Source of the DNA: Bacteroidota bacterium
GTDB lineage: Bacteria; Bacteroidota; Bacteroidia; UKL13-3
Direction of reading: 5' to 3'
Assembly: GCA_037141455.1 (NCBI GenBank)
Contig: JBAXCN010000002.1
Span: 32,641-96,640, forward strand
Length of the DNA: 64,000 nucleotides
Of the stretch, positions 28,235 through 36,733 are shown in pieces. The position numbers and the translations under genes are program-made. The stretch's first letter is position 1. Every line of letters starts with the position of its first letter. The notes below the pieces were generated by a model, which worked only from the letters and a program-made list of their open reading frames with translations, made no database searches and had not been told where the DNA came from.

Positions 28235-29788
28235 CTATTTCGTTTCCAAAACCACAAATGGTACAATCATTTCTTCCATACTTATTCCACCATGTTGAAA
28301 CGAATCGTTATAAAAATTTACATGGTAATTATAGTTGTTTGGGTAAACCATAAAATCATCGCTTTTGGCAAAAACCCAACTGGTGCTCATGTTTTGTTTA
28401 GGTAAAAATAAATCAGCAGGATTTTTAACTCCAAACAAATCTTTGGCATTGTAACTTAAATTACGGCCTTGTTTGTACCTTAAATTGGTACTTGTATTTT
28501 TATCACCTACAATTTTTACTGGGTTTTTTACCCTAATTGAACCGTGGTCGGTGGTAATAATAACTCTTACCTTTTTTTGTGCTATTTTTTTAATGGCTTC
28601 AAATAATGGCGAATGTTCAAACCAACTGGCTGTAATGCTTCTGTAAGCTGCTTCATCTTCTGCAAGTTCCTTCATTACATTCATTTCAGTGCGCACATGG
28701 CTCAGCATATCTACAAAATTGTAAACTATTACATTAAATTTATTATTCATAAAATTAGCCACATCATCTACCAAATTTTTACCTGCTTGCAAATTGGTAA
28801 CTTTGGTATAAGTAATTTTTTCTTTGTAGCCAAGCCTTTGCATTTGCTTGTTTATAAATTCTTCTTCATAAATATTTTTACCTTCATCTTCCTCTTCGTT
28901 TACCCAAAGGTTTGGATATAACTTTTCAATTTCACTTGGCATCATTCCTGCAAAAAAGCTGTTACGCGCATAATGAGTAGTGGTAGGTAAAATAGTTAAA
29001 TAAGTATCTTCACTTATAATATTAAAGTATTCTGTCAATTGATTTTGAACCATTTTCCATTGGTCGTACCTAAAGTTATCAATTAAAATTAAAAAAGTAG
29101 GTATGTCTTTATCAATGGCGGGCATCAATTTTTTATTAATAACCGTATGGCTCATAGCAGGTGTTTGCGCATCGGGTTTCTTTAAAAAATCAATAAAGTT
29201 TTTTTCAATAAATTTAACCCAATCGTTGTTGGCATCACGTTTTTGCATGGCCAATATTTCGTCCATACCTGTATCGCCACTTTTAGCTAATTCTAGCTCC
29301 CAATAAATTAATTTTTTATATAATGTTACCCAGCTTTCATAACTATCTACGTCATAAAGTTCCATGGCTATTTGCCTAAATTCTTGTTGGTAGTTTTGTG
29401 CAGTTTTTTCAGTAACTAATTGTTTACTATCCAAAATGCGTTTAAGCGATAAAAGTATTTGGCTTGAATTAACAGGTTTAATTAAATAATCAGCTATTTG
29501 GTTGCCAATGGCATCTTCCATAATATGCTCTTCTTCGCTTTTGGTAATCATAACTACAGGTACTTCTGGTGTAATGGCTTTTATTTGCACCAATGCCTCC
29601 AAACCACTAATACCCGGCATGTTTTCATCTAAAAAAATCACATCGTATCGCTTTAGTTTTACTGCTTCTACAGCGTCTACACCGCTGGTAACTTTATCTA
29701 CCGTGTAGCCTTTATTTGTTAAGTAAATAATATGTGGCTTTAATAAATCTATCTCATCATCGGCCCAAAGAATACTTGTATTGCTCAT
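28235..29788 (-). CDS. porX: PorX-type response regulator (N-terminal REC receiver + C-terminal PglZ/alkaline-phosphatase-like domain), T9SS regulator
   Basis: 517 aa. The REC domain has the phospho-acceptor aspartate context (VIFLDENMPGISG). The remainder matches the PglZ-type architecture of PorX. No cognate kinase is adjacent. Confidence 0.7.
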   Translation of the reverse strand: MSNTSILWADDEIDLLKPHIIYLTNKGYTVDKVTSGVDAVEAVKLKRYDVIFLDENMPGISGLEALVQIKAITPEVPVVMITKSEEEHIMEDAIGNQIADYLIKPVNSSQILLSLKRILDSKQLVTEKTAQNYQQEFRQIAMELYDVDSYESWVTLYKKLIYWELELAKSGDTGMDEILAMQKRDANNDWVKFIEKNFIDFLKKPDAQTPAMSHTVINKKLMPAIDKDIPTFLILIDNFRYDQWKMVQNQLTEYFNIISEDTYLTILPTTTHYARNSFFAGMMPSEIEKLYPNLWVNEEEDEGKNIYEEEFINKQMQRLGYKEKITYTKVTNLQAGKNLVDDVANFMNNKFNVIVYNFVDMLSHVRTEMNVMKELAEDEAAYRSITASWFEHSPLFEAIKKIAQKKVRVIITTDHGSIRVKNPVKIVGDKNTSTNLRYKQGRNLSYNAKDLFGVKNPADLFLPKQNMSTSWVFAKSDDFMVYPNNYNYHVNFYNDSFQHGGISMEEMIVPFVVLETK

Positions 29789-29950
29789 TAGTTTTAAATT
29801 GTTTTTTGCAAAGATTACTTGTTTACTTATATTTAAAAATTGTTTGTGTATTAATTTAGTTTACTTTTATAAAAGGTAAATAAACGAGGTTATTAGTTTT
29901 TTAGTGTTGAAAAAATAACTTATTTTTATTATTGAAAAGAAACAGTTGCT

Positions 29951-30376
29951 TTAAATTCTTTTTAACGATTCATGAACCATACCTTCAAGTACATCCAAGT
30001 TTATATCAGCTAGCTTGTTTATATAAAGGCAGCCAACACCAGTTTTATGTTTGCCTAACTTTGCTAATGCTGCCGCATGTTCTTTTATTCCTACAGTTAA
30101 ATAAAGCGATAAGTTGGTTTTACGGGGTGCAAAACCAATTAATAACCAATCCACTTCTCGGCCTGTGGTAGGACTTTTAAATCGCTTATTGCCAAAACCA
30201 ATTATAGAATTGCTCCACAATACGGGTTCTTCGCCACTGGCTTTTTTCATCATTTCTAAAAGTAAAAAACTGTCATTACGCTTTTGTTCATTTTCTATAT
30301 TATTTATAAAATCAGTAACACTTGCCAAGGTTGGTTTAGTTTTTATTTCTGCCAATTTCGATTTTTTTTCAGCCAT
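29951..30376 (-). CDS. DUF1801 (YdhG-like) family protein
   Basis: 141 aa with the pattern PVLWSNSIIGFGNKRFK...WLLIGFAPRKTNLSLY, typical of DUF1801. Confidence 0.4.
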   Translation of the reverse strand: MAEKKSKLAEIKTKPTLASVTDFINNIENEQKRNDSFLLLEMMKKASGEEPVLWSNSIIGFGNKRFKSPTTGREVDWLLIGFAPRKTNLSLYLTVGIKEHAAALAKLGKHKTGVGCLYINKLADINLDVLEGMVHESLKRI

Positions 30377-30548
30377 GATAATAAGTATTTTAAAGTAAAT
30401 ATATTTTGCAATTTAAGTTTAGTAAAGCTATTATCAGAAATTTATTCTAAATAACTATTTTGTTCTTTAATTTAATTTTTTACAACTTCCATAATCTTCC
30501 CAATAAACCAAACAACTTTTCAACTCAAAAATAACCTATTTTTGAACC

Positions 30549-31775
30549 GTGAATTTACCCAATAAAAAGAAAATAATCAACGATCCTGTATATGGATTTG
30601 TAAATATACCTTTTGAACTTATTTACGATTTAATTGAACACTCGTGGTTTCAGCGTTTACGCAGAATAAAGCAATTGGGGCTTTCGTATTTGGTTTATCC
30701 CGGTGCACAACACACACGTTTTCAGCATGTAATTGGCGCCATGAGTTTAACTTTTCAGGCAGTTGAAATTTTAAAAAGTAAAGGAATTGAAATTTCAAAC
30801 CATGAAGCTGAATCGGTTTGCGCAGCCATTTTATTGCACGATATGGGGCATGGTCCATTTAGCCATACGCTTGAAGGTTTAATCATAAAAGATGTTCCTC
30901 ACGAGGCTATTTCATTGCGTTTTATGGAATTGCTCAATGAGCAATTTGATGGAAAATTAACCACAGCCATTGAAATATTCACCAATAAATACAAAAAGAA
31001 ATTTTTGCATCAATTGGTTTCTAGTCAACTAGATATGGATAGACTTGATTACTTGCGCAGAGATAGTTTTTACACGGGTGTGCAAGAAGGATCCATTGGC
31101 CACGATAGAATTATAAATATGCTAAATGTGGTAAACGATGAGTTGGTAATTGAAGAAAAAGGCATTTATTCGGTAGAAAAATTTTTAATAGCGCGCAGGT
31201 TAATGTATTGGCAAGTTTACTTGCATAAAACTGTTGTTGCGGCTGAGCAATTATTAATTAAAATAATTCAGCGAGCGCAGTATTTGGCTAGCCAAAACGA
31301 AACCTTGTTTGCAACCCCAGCTTTATATTATTTTTTATACAATAAAATTGGCAAAGACGAATTTTATAAAAACAATGAAGCCTTTAATAATTATTGCTTG
31401 CTTGATGATGATGATATATTTACCTCAATAAAAGTTTGGTGTAATCATAACGATAAAATTTTGAGTACTTTGTGCAATATGCTTCGCAATAGAAAGTTAC
31501 CAAAGGTAGTGCTGCAAAATGCACCATTTGAAAAAACCACGGTAGAAAGTTATAAATTCATGGCAGCCGATAATTTAGATATTACCATGGAAGAGGCTGA
31601 ATATTTTGTTTATACCGATTCGGTTCAAAATAAAGCATATAGTGCCAACAATTTTAATATAAATATTTTATTTAAAAACGGTAAAGTGCTTGATATTGCT
31701 GAAGCCAGCGACCAATATAATATTGAATCATTAACAAAAATAGTTAAAAAATATTTTTTGTGTTATGTAAGATAA
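30549..31775 (+). CDS. HD-domain phosphohydrolase (dGTPase/SAMHD1-like COG1078 family)
   Basis: Metal-binding HD motif (HTRFQHVIGA...LLHDMGHGPFSH...DMDRLDYLRRD). Conserved position upstream of lpxD. Confidence 0.75.
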   Translation: MNLPNKKKIINDPVYGFVNIPFELIYDLIEHSWFQRLRRIKQLGLSYLVYPGAQHTRFQHVIGAMSLTFQAVEILKSKGIEISNHEAESVCAAILLHDMGHGPFSHTLEGLIIKDVPHEAISLRFMELLNEQFDGKLTTAIEIFTNKYKKKFLHQLVSSQLDMDRLDYLRRDSFYTGVQEGSIGHDRIINMLNVVNDELVIEEKGIYSVEKFLIARRLMYWQVYLHKTVVAAEQLLIKIIQRAQYLASQNETLFATPALYYFLYNKIGKDEFYKNNEAFNNYCLLDDDDIFTSIKVWCNHNDKILSTLCNMLRNRKLPKVVLQNAPFEKTTVESYKFMAADNLDITMEEAEYFVYTDSVQNKAYSANNFNINILFKNGKVLDIAEASDQYNIESLTKIVKKYFLCYVR

Positions 31776-31787
31776 TATTAGCCACAG

Positions 31788-31970
31788 ATTTCACAGAATA
31801 CACAGATTATTTATAACTAAATTTATAATAAAACTTTGTCATGGTAAGCCTGCCGAACCATATTCAATCTAACATAAAACCTTTTCAATGAAATCTGTAA
31901 AATCTTTTGTAACCTATCAACGTATCAAACTATAAACCATTTCAGTGTAATCTGTGTAATCTGTGGCAAA
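31788..31970. repeat. ~180-bp intergenic element with ~25-bp terminal inverted repeats (gccacagatt(t/a)cacaga(a/t)tacacag), plus an internal direct repeat
   Basis: The left end gccacagatttcacagaatacacagat and the right end cagtgtaatctgtgtaatctgtggc are reverse complements. The inverted repeat is imperfect (about 4 mismatches across the ~25-bp arms). Confidence 0.5.
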
Positions 31971-32042
31971 AGTTCCGTGTGGTAAATTTGAAATTTGAAA
32001 ATCAATCTTATATATTCGAACATTATATTATTTTAGAAAATT

Positions 32043-33068
32043 ATGCAAATAAGTGTGGGGCAACTTGCCAAAATGTTAAACGGAACTATTGTAGGAAATG
32101 CTGACATTTTACTGCATACCGTTGCTAAAATTGAAGAAGGGCAGGAGGGAGCACTTTCTTTTTTGGCCAATATGAAATACGAACTGCATTTGTATAATAC
32201 ATTATCGAGTGCGGTTTTGGTAAATAACGATTTTGAACCAACACAAGAAGTAAAAGCTACTTTAATAAAAGTAGAAAATGCATATGCTTCATTTACTTTT
32301 TTATTGGAACAATTTGCAGAACAAGCCAATAAAAAAGAAGGAATTGAAGAAGGTTCAGTAATAAATAAAACAGCCGAAATAGGAACAGAAGTTTACATAG
32401 GCGCTTTAGCATACATTGCCAAAGGCGTTAAAATTGGAAATAAATCGCAAATTTACCCAACTAGTTATATTGGCGATGATGTAAAAATTGGTACAAACTG
32501 TATTATTTATGCAGGTGTAAAAATTTATAACGATTGTGTAATTGGTAACAATGTAATTGTTCATTCGGGAACTGTAATAGGTAGCGATGGATTTGGTTTT
32601 GCTCCATTGGCCGATAGGTCGTATAAAAAAATACCGCAAATTGGAAATGTAATTATTGAAGACGATGTAGAAATTGGAAGTAATTGTAGTATTGATAGAG
32701 CAACAATGGGAAGCACCATTTTAAGGAAAGGTGTAAAGCTTGATAATTTGAACCAAGTGGCTCATAATGTGGAAATTGGGGAGCATACTGTAATGGCGGG
32801 TCAAAGTGCAATTGCAGGAAGTACTAAAATTGGGAAATACTGTATTTTAGCTGGTCAAGTAGGTATAGCAGGCCATTTAACCATAGCCGATGGAACTGTT
32901 CTTGGTGCCAAAAGTGGTGTAAACAGTAATATTAAAAAGGAAAATCAAAAATTATTTGGTTCTCCAGCTTTCGATTATGGTGAATCAATTAAAGCTTCAA
33001 TTATTTATAAAAAATTACCTCAATTATATAAAACTGTTAATGAGCTAGAAAAAACAATTAAAAAATAA
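32043..33068 (+). CDS. lpxD: UDP-3-O-acylglucosamine N-acyltransferase LpxD
   Basis: 341 aa with an N-terminal LpxD domain. It carries a left-handed beta-helix with hexapeptide repeats and the catalytic His region (GFGF). Confidence 0.85.
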   Translation: MQISVGQLAKMLNGTIVGNADILLHTVAKIEEGQEGALSFLANMKYELHLYNTLSSAVLVNNDFEPTQEVKATLIKVENAYASFTFLLEQFAEQANKKEGIEEGSVINKTAEIGTEVYIGALAYIAKGVKIGNKSQIYPTSYIGDDVKIGTNCIIYAGVKIYNDCVIGNNVIVHSGTVIGSDGFGFAPLADRSYKKIPQIGNVIIEDDVEIGSNCSIDRATMGSTILRKGVKLDNLNQVAHNVEIGEHTVMAGQSAIAGSTKIGKYCILAGQVGIAGHLTIADGTVLGAKSGVNSNIKKENQKLFGSPAFDYGESIKASIIYKKLPQLYKTVNELEKTIKK

Positions 33069-33141
33069 TTTTAATTTTTTTGTAACTTTTTTTAAAAGGT
33101 AAACGTTAAAGCATAAAATTTAAACAATATTTGCTTGTTAG

Positions 33142-33627
33142 ATGACTGTTTCCGAATATAATACATGCGTTAAAAATTATTCCGATTCGGTTTATAGATT
33201 CATTTATAAAAACATAAGAGATGAAGATAGAGCTAAAGACATAGTGCAAGATACTTTTGAAAAAATGTGGCTTAAAATTGATTCTATTATTTCAGAAAAG
33301 GCCAAATCGTATTTGTTTACTGCGGCTTATAATACCATGATAGATGCAATAAGAAAAGACAAACATAAAGCAACCTATCAAGACCATTATGATGATTACT
33401 TGGTTACAAATAACGGATATAATGATTTGAAAAAAGTGATTGATTTGGCTTTAAATAAATTAAATAATATTCAGAAAAGTGTAATAATGTTGCGCGATTA
33501 TGAAGGCTATTCGTACGAAGAAATTGGGAAAATAACAGGTTTAAATGAAAGTCAGGTAAAGGTTTATATATACCGAGCTAGGCTGAATTTAAAAGAGTTT
33601 ATTGGATCACTTGAAAATGTAGTATAA
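33142..33627 (+). CDS. ECF-type RNA polymerase sigma factor (sigma-70 regions 2 and 4)
   Basis: 161 aa. The region 2 motif DIVQDTFEKMW and the region 4 HTH (YEEIGKITGLNESQVKVYIYRAR) are present. Confidence 0.75.
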   Translation: MTVSEYNTCVKNYSDSVYRFIYKNIRDEDRAKDIVQDTFEKMWLKIDSIISEKAKSYLFTAAYNTMIDAIRKDKHKATYQDHYDDYLVTNNGYNDLKKVIDLALNKLNNIQKSVIMLRDYEGYSYEEIGKITGLNESQVKVYIYRARLNLKEFIGSLENVV

Positions 33628-33649
33628 ATATAGTTTTAAAATAAGGAAA

Positions 33650-34825
33650 ATGAAAATAAATATTAATAATTACGAAGAAATTATTGTTGACTTTTTAGAT
33701 GGAAAGTTAGATAATAATACTGTTGCCGAACTATTTTTATTTTTAGACCAAAACCCTAAAATTAAAGCTGAATTTAATTTATTATATGAAAATCAACATG
33801 TAGTAGAAGCTGAACCAATTTCATTTGATTATTCAAGTTTAATAAAAAAAGAAAAATTAAATGTTGCTGATTATGCAGAAAAACTAATAGCACTTTTAGA
33901 AAATGATTTAAACCTAGAAGAAACAAAAAAATTAAAGGCTGAAATTAATGCTTATCCAGAATTAGCTGCTGAATTTGAATTATTTAAGAAAACTAAACTG
34001 GTAGCGGAAACCAATATTGTTTTTGCAAATAAAGCGGGTTTAACTAAAAAGAAAGTTTTTGAAATAATTCCACTTTTTACCCGTTTTTCGGCCATAGCAG
34101 CAGTTTTTATTGCAATAATTATAACTGTTTATTTATTAAATAATAAAAATAACAAAACCGAATTTGCCAGTAATATAGAAAATTCAATTGCCAAATCGAA
34201 ACAAGATTCGATTATGAATATTATAAAATCAAAAAATAATATTCCTAATAAAATGCAATTTGAAAACGAAAAAAAGATGTTGGCATTTGGAGGAATAAAT
34301 CCAGCTACTATTCAAAAAAAGAAAGCAACTGCACCAAATCAAATTAAGCAAAACAAAAAAATTATAAGAGAAAATCCATTAAATAATTCAAACGGACAAT
34401 CAGTTAATCCAACAATTTTACCTAAAAAAGCAACTGTTTCCGATAAAGTTATTTTAAATAATAATTTTGCAATAATTGACAAAAAGGAAGAAGCATTAAA
34501 AGTGGTTGCCAACAATTTAGTTGATAAAAAAGAAGAAAGTAAAGTACTTGTTTCAAAAGAAAATAGTGAGCCAAGTAATTCAAATTATAATATTGCTAAT
34601 ATTGCTTCTTATGTTAAAGAACAGTTAGCAATAACTAGTCAATCGGAAGTTATTGCTATAAATAAACCAAGCAATAAAGAAAGTGAAGTTTCGTTAGGTG
34701 AAAGTATTGGTTTAAATGTACTTTCATTATTCAACAAAATATCGAGCAAGGATTTGAAAGTTAAAAAAATATACAATAAAGATGGGGAAGTGGAAGATGT
34801 TAAATTAATTGCTTCAGGTTGGTAA
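33650..34825 (+). CDS. Putative anti-sigma factor (single-pass membrane protein) cognate to the upstream ECF sigma
   Basis: Starts 23 nt after the sigma gene. It has an N-terminal cytoplasmic domain, one TM helix (AIAAVFIAIIITVYLL) and a low-complexity periplasmic tail. Confidence 0.45.
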   Translation: MKININNYEEIIVDFLDGKLDNNTVAELFLFLDQNPKIKAEFNLLYENQHVVEAEPISFDYSSLIKKEKLNVADYAEKLIALLENDLNLEETKKLKAEINAYPELAAEFELFKKTKLVAETNIVFANKAGLTKKKVFEIIPLFTRFSAIAAVFIAIIITVYLLNNKNNKTEFASNIENSIAKSKQDSIMNIIKSKNNIPNKMQFENEKKMLAFGGINPATIQKKKATAPNQIKQNKKIIRENPLNNSNGQSVNPTILPKKATVSDKVILNNNFAIIDKKEEALKVVANNLVDKKEESKVLVSKENSEPSNSNYNIANIASYVKEQLAITSQSEVIAINKPSNKESEVSLGESIGLNVLSLFNKISSKDLKVKKIYNKDGEVEDVKLIASGW

Positions 34826-35368
34826 TTAGTTTTTTACGGTAATAACCCAATTATCGCTTATTTTGTTTATGGGGTTTTCGGGCAGTACAAATGCATTTAC
34901 CAAAGTATTTCCAAACCCAATTCCTATCGATACAAAAATAGATTGCAAAGGCGATAACCCTCCATTTTTAAATAAATCGTAAGTAGCTACAAAAACCCCA
35001 ACTGTTAATGAAGTTGAAAGTAAATTTTTACCAATTAACCTTCCATTCGACATTTTTCTAAACGCTACAATATCTTTGATTAATATAATTCTAAAATTGG
35101 GTTCAAATTTTTTACTTAGTTTTTGAATCCAAATAGGCAAGTCAGAACTTATATGACCTAATACAATACTGCTATCATTTATTTCAGTTACTATATTTTT
35201 AGTATGAAAAATTTGGTTGTTATAGCCTTTGTATTGAATTGATATGGTATTTCCCTCAGCTACTTCTATGGTTTTTAAAAGCTTAGTATTATAAAAAAGC
35301 ATCGATTTTTGAGCAAAAATATTATTTGTAAAAAATAATAGAGTTATGATTAAGAAAGATTTATTCAT
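34826..35368 (-). CDS. Hypothetical exported/membrane protein
   Basis: 180 aa with a signal peptide and a C-terminal hydrophobic stretch. Confidence 0.35.
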   Translation of the reverse strand: MNKSFLIITLLFFTNNIFAQKSMLFYNTKLLKTIEVAEGNTISIQYKGYNNQIFHTKNIVTEINDSSIVLGHISSDLPIWIQKLSKKFEPNFRIILIKDIVAFRKMSNGRLIGKNLLSTSLTVGVFVATYDLFKNGGLSPLQSIFVSIGIGFGNTLVNAFVLPENPINKISDNWVITVKN

Positions 35369-35371
35369 GGT

Positions 35372-36646
35372 TTAATTGTGATTTAAAATGTGGAATCCAA
35401 TTTCGCAATTCAAACATTTTTTATGGTTGCAATATTCATTTTTTAATTGCAATAATGCTTGTGTATTTGCAGCATTATTTGCTTTTATATTTAATTTATT
35501 CCAAAAAGTAACAATACTGTTTTTTTCTGGTTCTATTTGCTCCATCCAATTAATGGCTTTATTGCATTTATCATCATCAAACCTAAGTTTGCCATACAAA
35601 AAAACTATAGGCACTACAGTATTTATTAGCAATGTATAGATAGCTTGCTTTCCTAAATCAGCTTTAAGCGCACTGAATTGATGGTTGCTTAACTCGCTTA
35701 AATGAATTAAATGCACATGTTTTAATTGATACATTTCTTTTAAATCCTTCAAGTTTTCAACGTCTAAAACTTTTGAAAACAAATGACTGCTTTGGTAAAT
35801 AAGGGAAGCAAATTGCATTAAACGCAATGTTGGAAAATTACTCGGACGCATTTTACCAAATTTCCATATGGTTTTATCAATGCTTATTAAATTATATTTT
35901 TTTTTAAAGTATAAGTATTCTTTTTGCAAAAACTGTAAGTAATCGTCATCTAATTTTTTATCGAAAAAGCCCGCTGTGCCCAATACCAGCGCTTCTATGT
36001 GGCTAAGTTTATCTTTGTGTTTTGCAATTACTTGTAAAGGCAAATTATTTGCAAGCCATTCAAAAGCTTGTTCATTTGTTTTTTGCCCAAAATACTTAGC
36101 AGTTAAAATATAAAAAGTCTGTTCCCAATTATTGTTATTTGCTTTTAAAAGCGCTTCAATATGGATACATTTTTTTTCCAATCGTTCAAAAACCAACCTA
36201 TCAAGCCAAGCATTTAACTTAAAATTGTTTGGTAAGCTAAAAATGGGTTCGCAGGGTATTGATGATTTGGTTTGATCTAATACTTTGTATTTATTTAATA
36301 ATTTAGGATCTAAATAATTTTTAAGTTCTAAAGTTAAAATGGGTAAATTATTATTGTCAAAAATGGGTTTGTCGTTTTCAAAAACCACATGTAAAATTAC
36401 ATTGTCATATTTTTTATCGTTGCTGTGTTTATGGGCAATCCAATCGCTGGCTTTTACATGTATTTCAATATTTCCAACCAAAATTTCATTGTCAATTTTA
36501 ATTTTTGCATTGAAAAAATCAGGGCCAGCATCATTGTTTAAAGTACCAACTGAAATAATTTCAACTTCTTTGGTGTTACTTAAAATTAAATTATTCTTTA
36601 ATAAAATTTTGCTTTTCCAAATAAAATGTAAAAGTTCTTCTTTCAT
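35372..36646 (-). CDS. DUF2851-family protein
   Basis: 424 aa. The N-terminal MKEELLHFIWKSK motif is characteristic of DUF2851. Confidence 0.45.
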   Translation of the reverse strand: MKEELLHFIWKSKILLKNNLILSNTKEVEIISVGTLNNDAGPDFFNAKIKIDNEILVGNIEIHVKASDWIAHKHSNDKKYDNVILHVVFENDKPIFDNNNLPILTLELKNYLDPKLLNKYKVLDQTKSSIPCEPIFSLPNNFKLNAWLDRLVFERLEKKCIHIEALLKANNNNWEQTFYILTAKYFGQKTNEQAFEWLANNLPLQVIAKHKDKLSHIEALVLGTAGFFDKKLDDDYLQFLQKEYLYFKKKYNLISIDKTIWKFGKMRPSNFPTLRLMQFASLIYQSSHLFSKVLDVENLKDLKEMYQLKHVHLIHLSELSNHQFSALKADLGKQAIYTLLINTVVPIVFLYGKLRFDDDKCNKAINWMEQIEPEKNSIVTFWNKLNIKANNAANTQALLQLKNEYCNHKKCLNCEIGFHILNHN

Positions 36647-36733
36647 ATAATCAGTGCAATATTAATAAGTTGTAACAACAAAACAGTTAACTATTTATTT
36701 ACAAATTAAACAGAAGATTTAAACTAAATTGCG

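Noticed and set aside
30549-31775. HD-domain dGTPase-like protein as an anti-phage defence gene
   Set aside because: An HD-domain gene directly upstream of lpxD is a conserved housekeeping arrangement in Bacteroidota. There are no defence-island neighbours.
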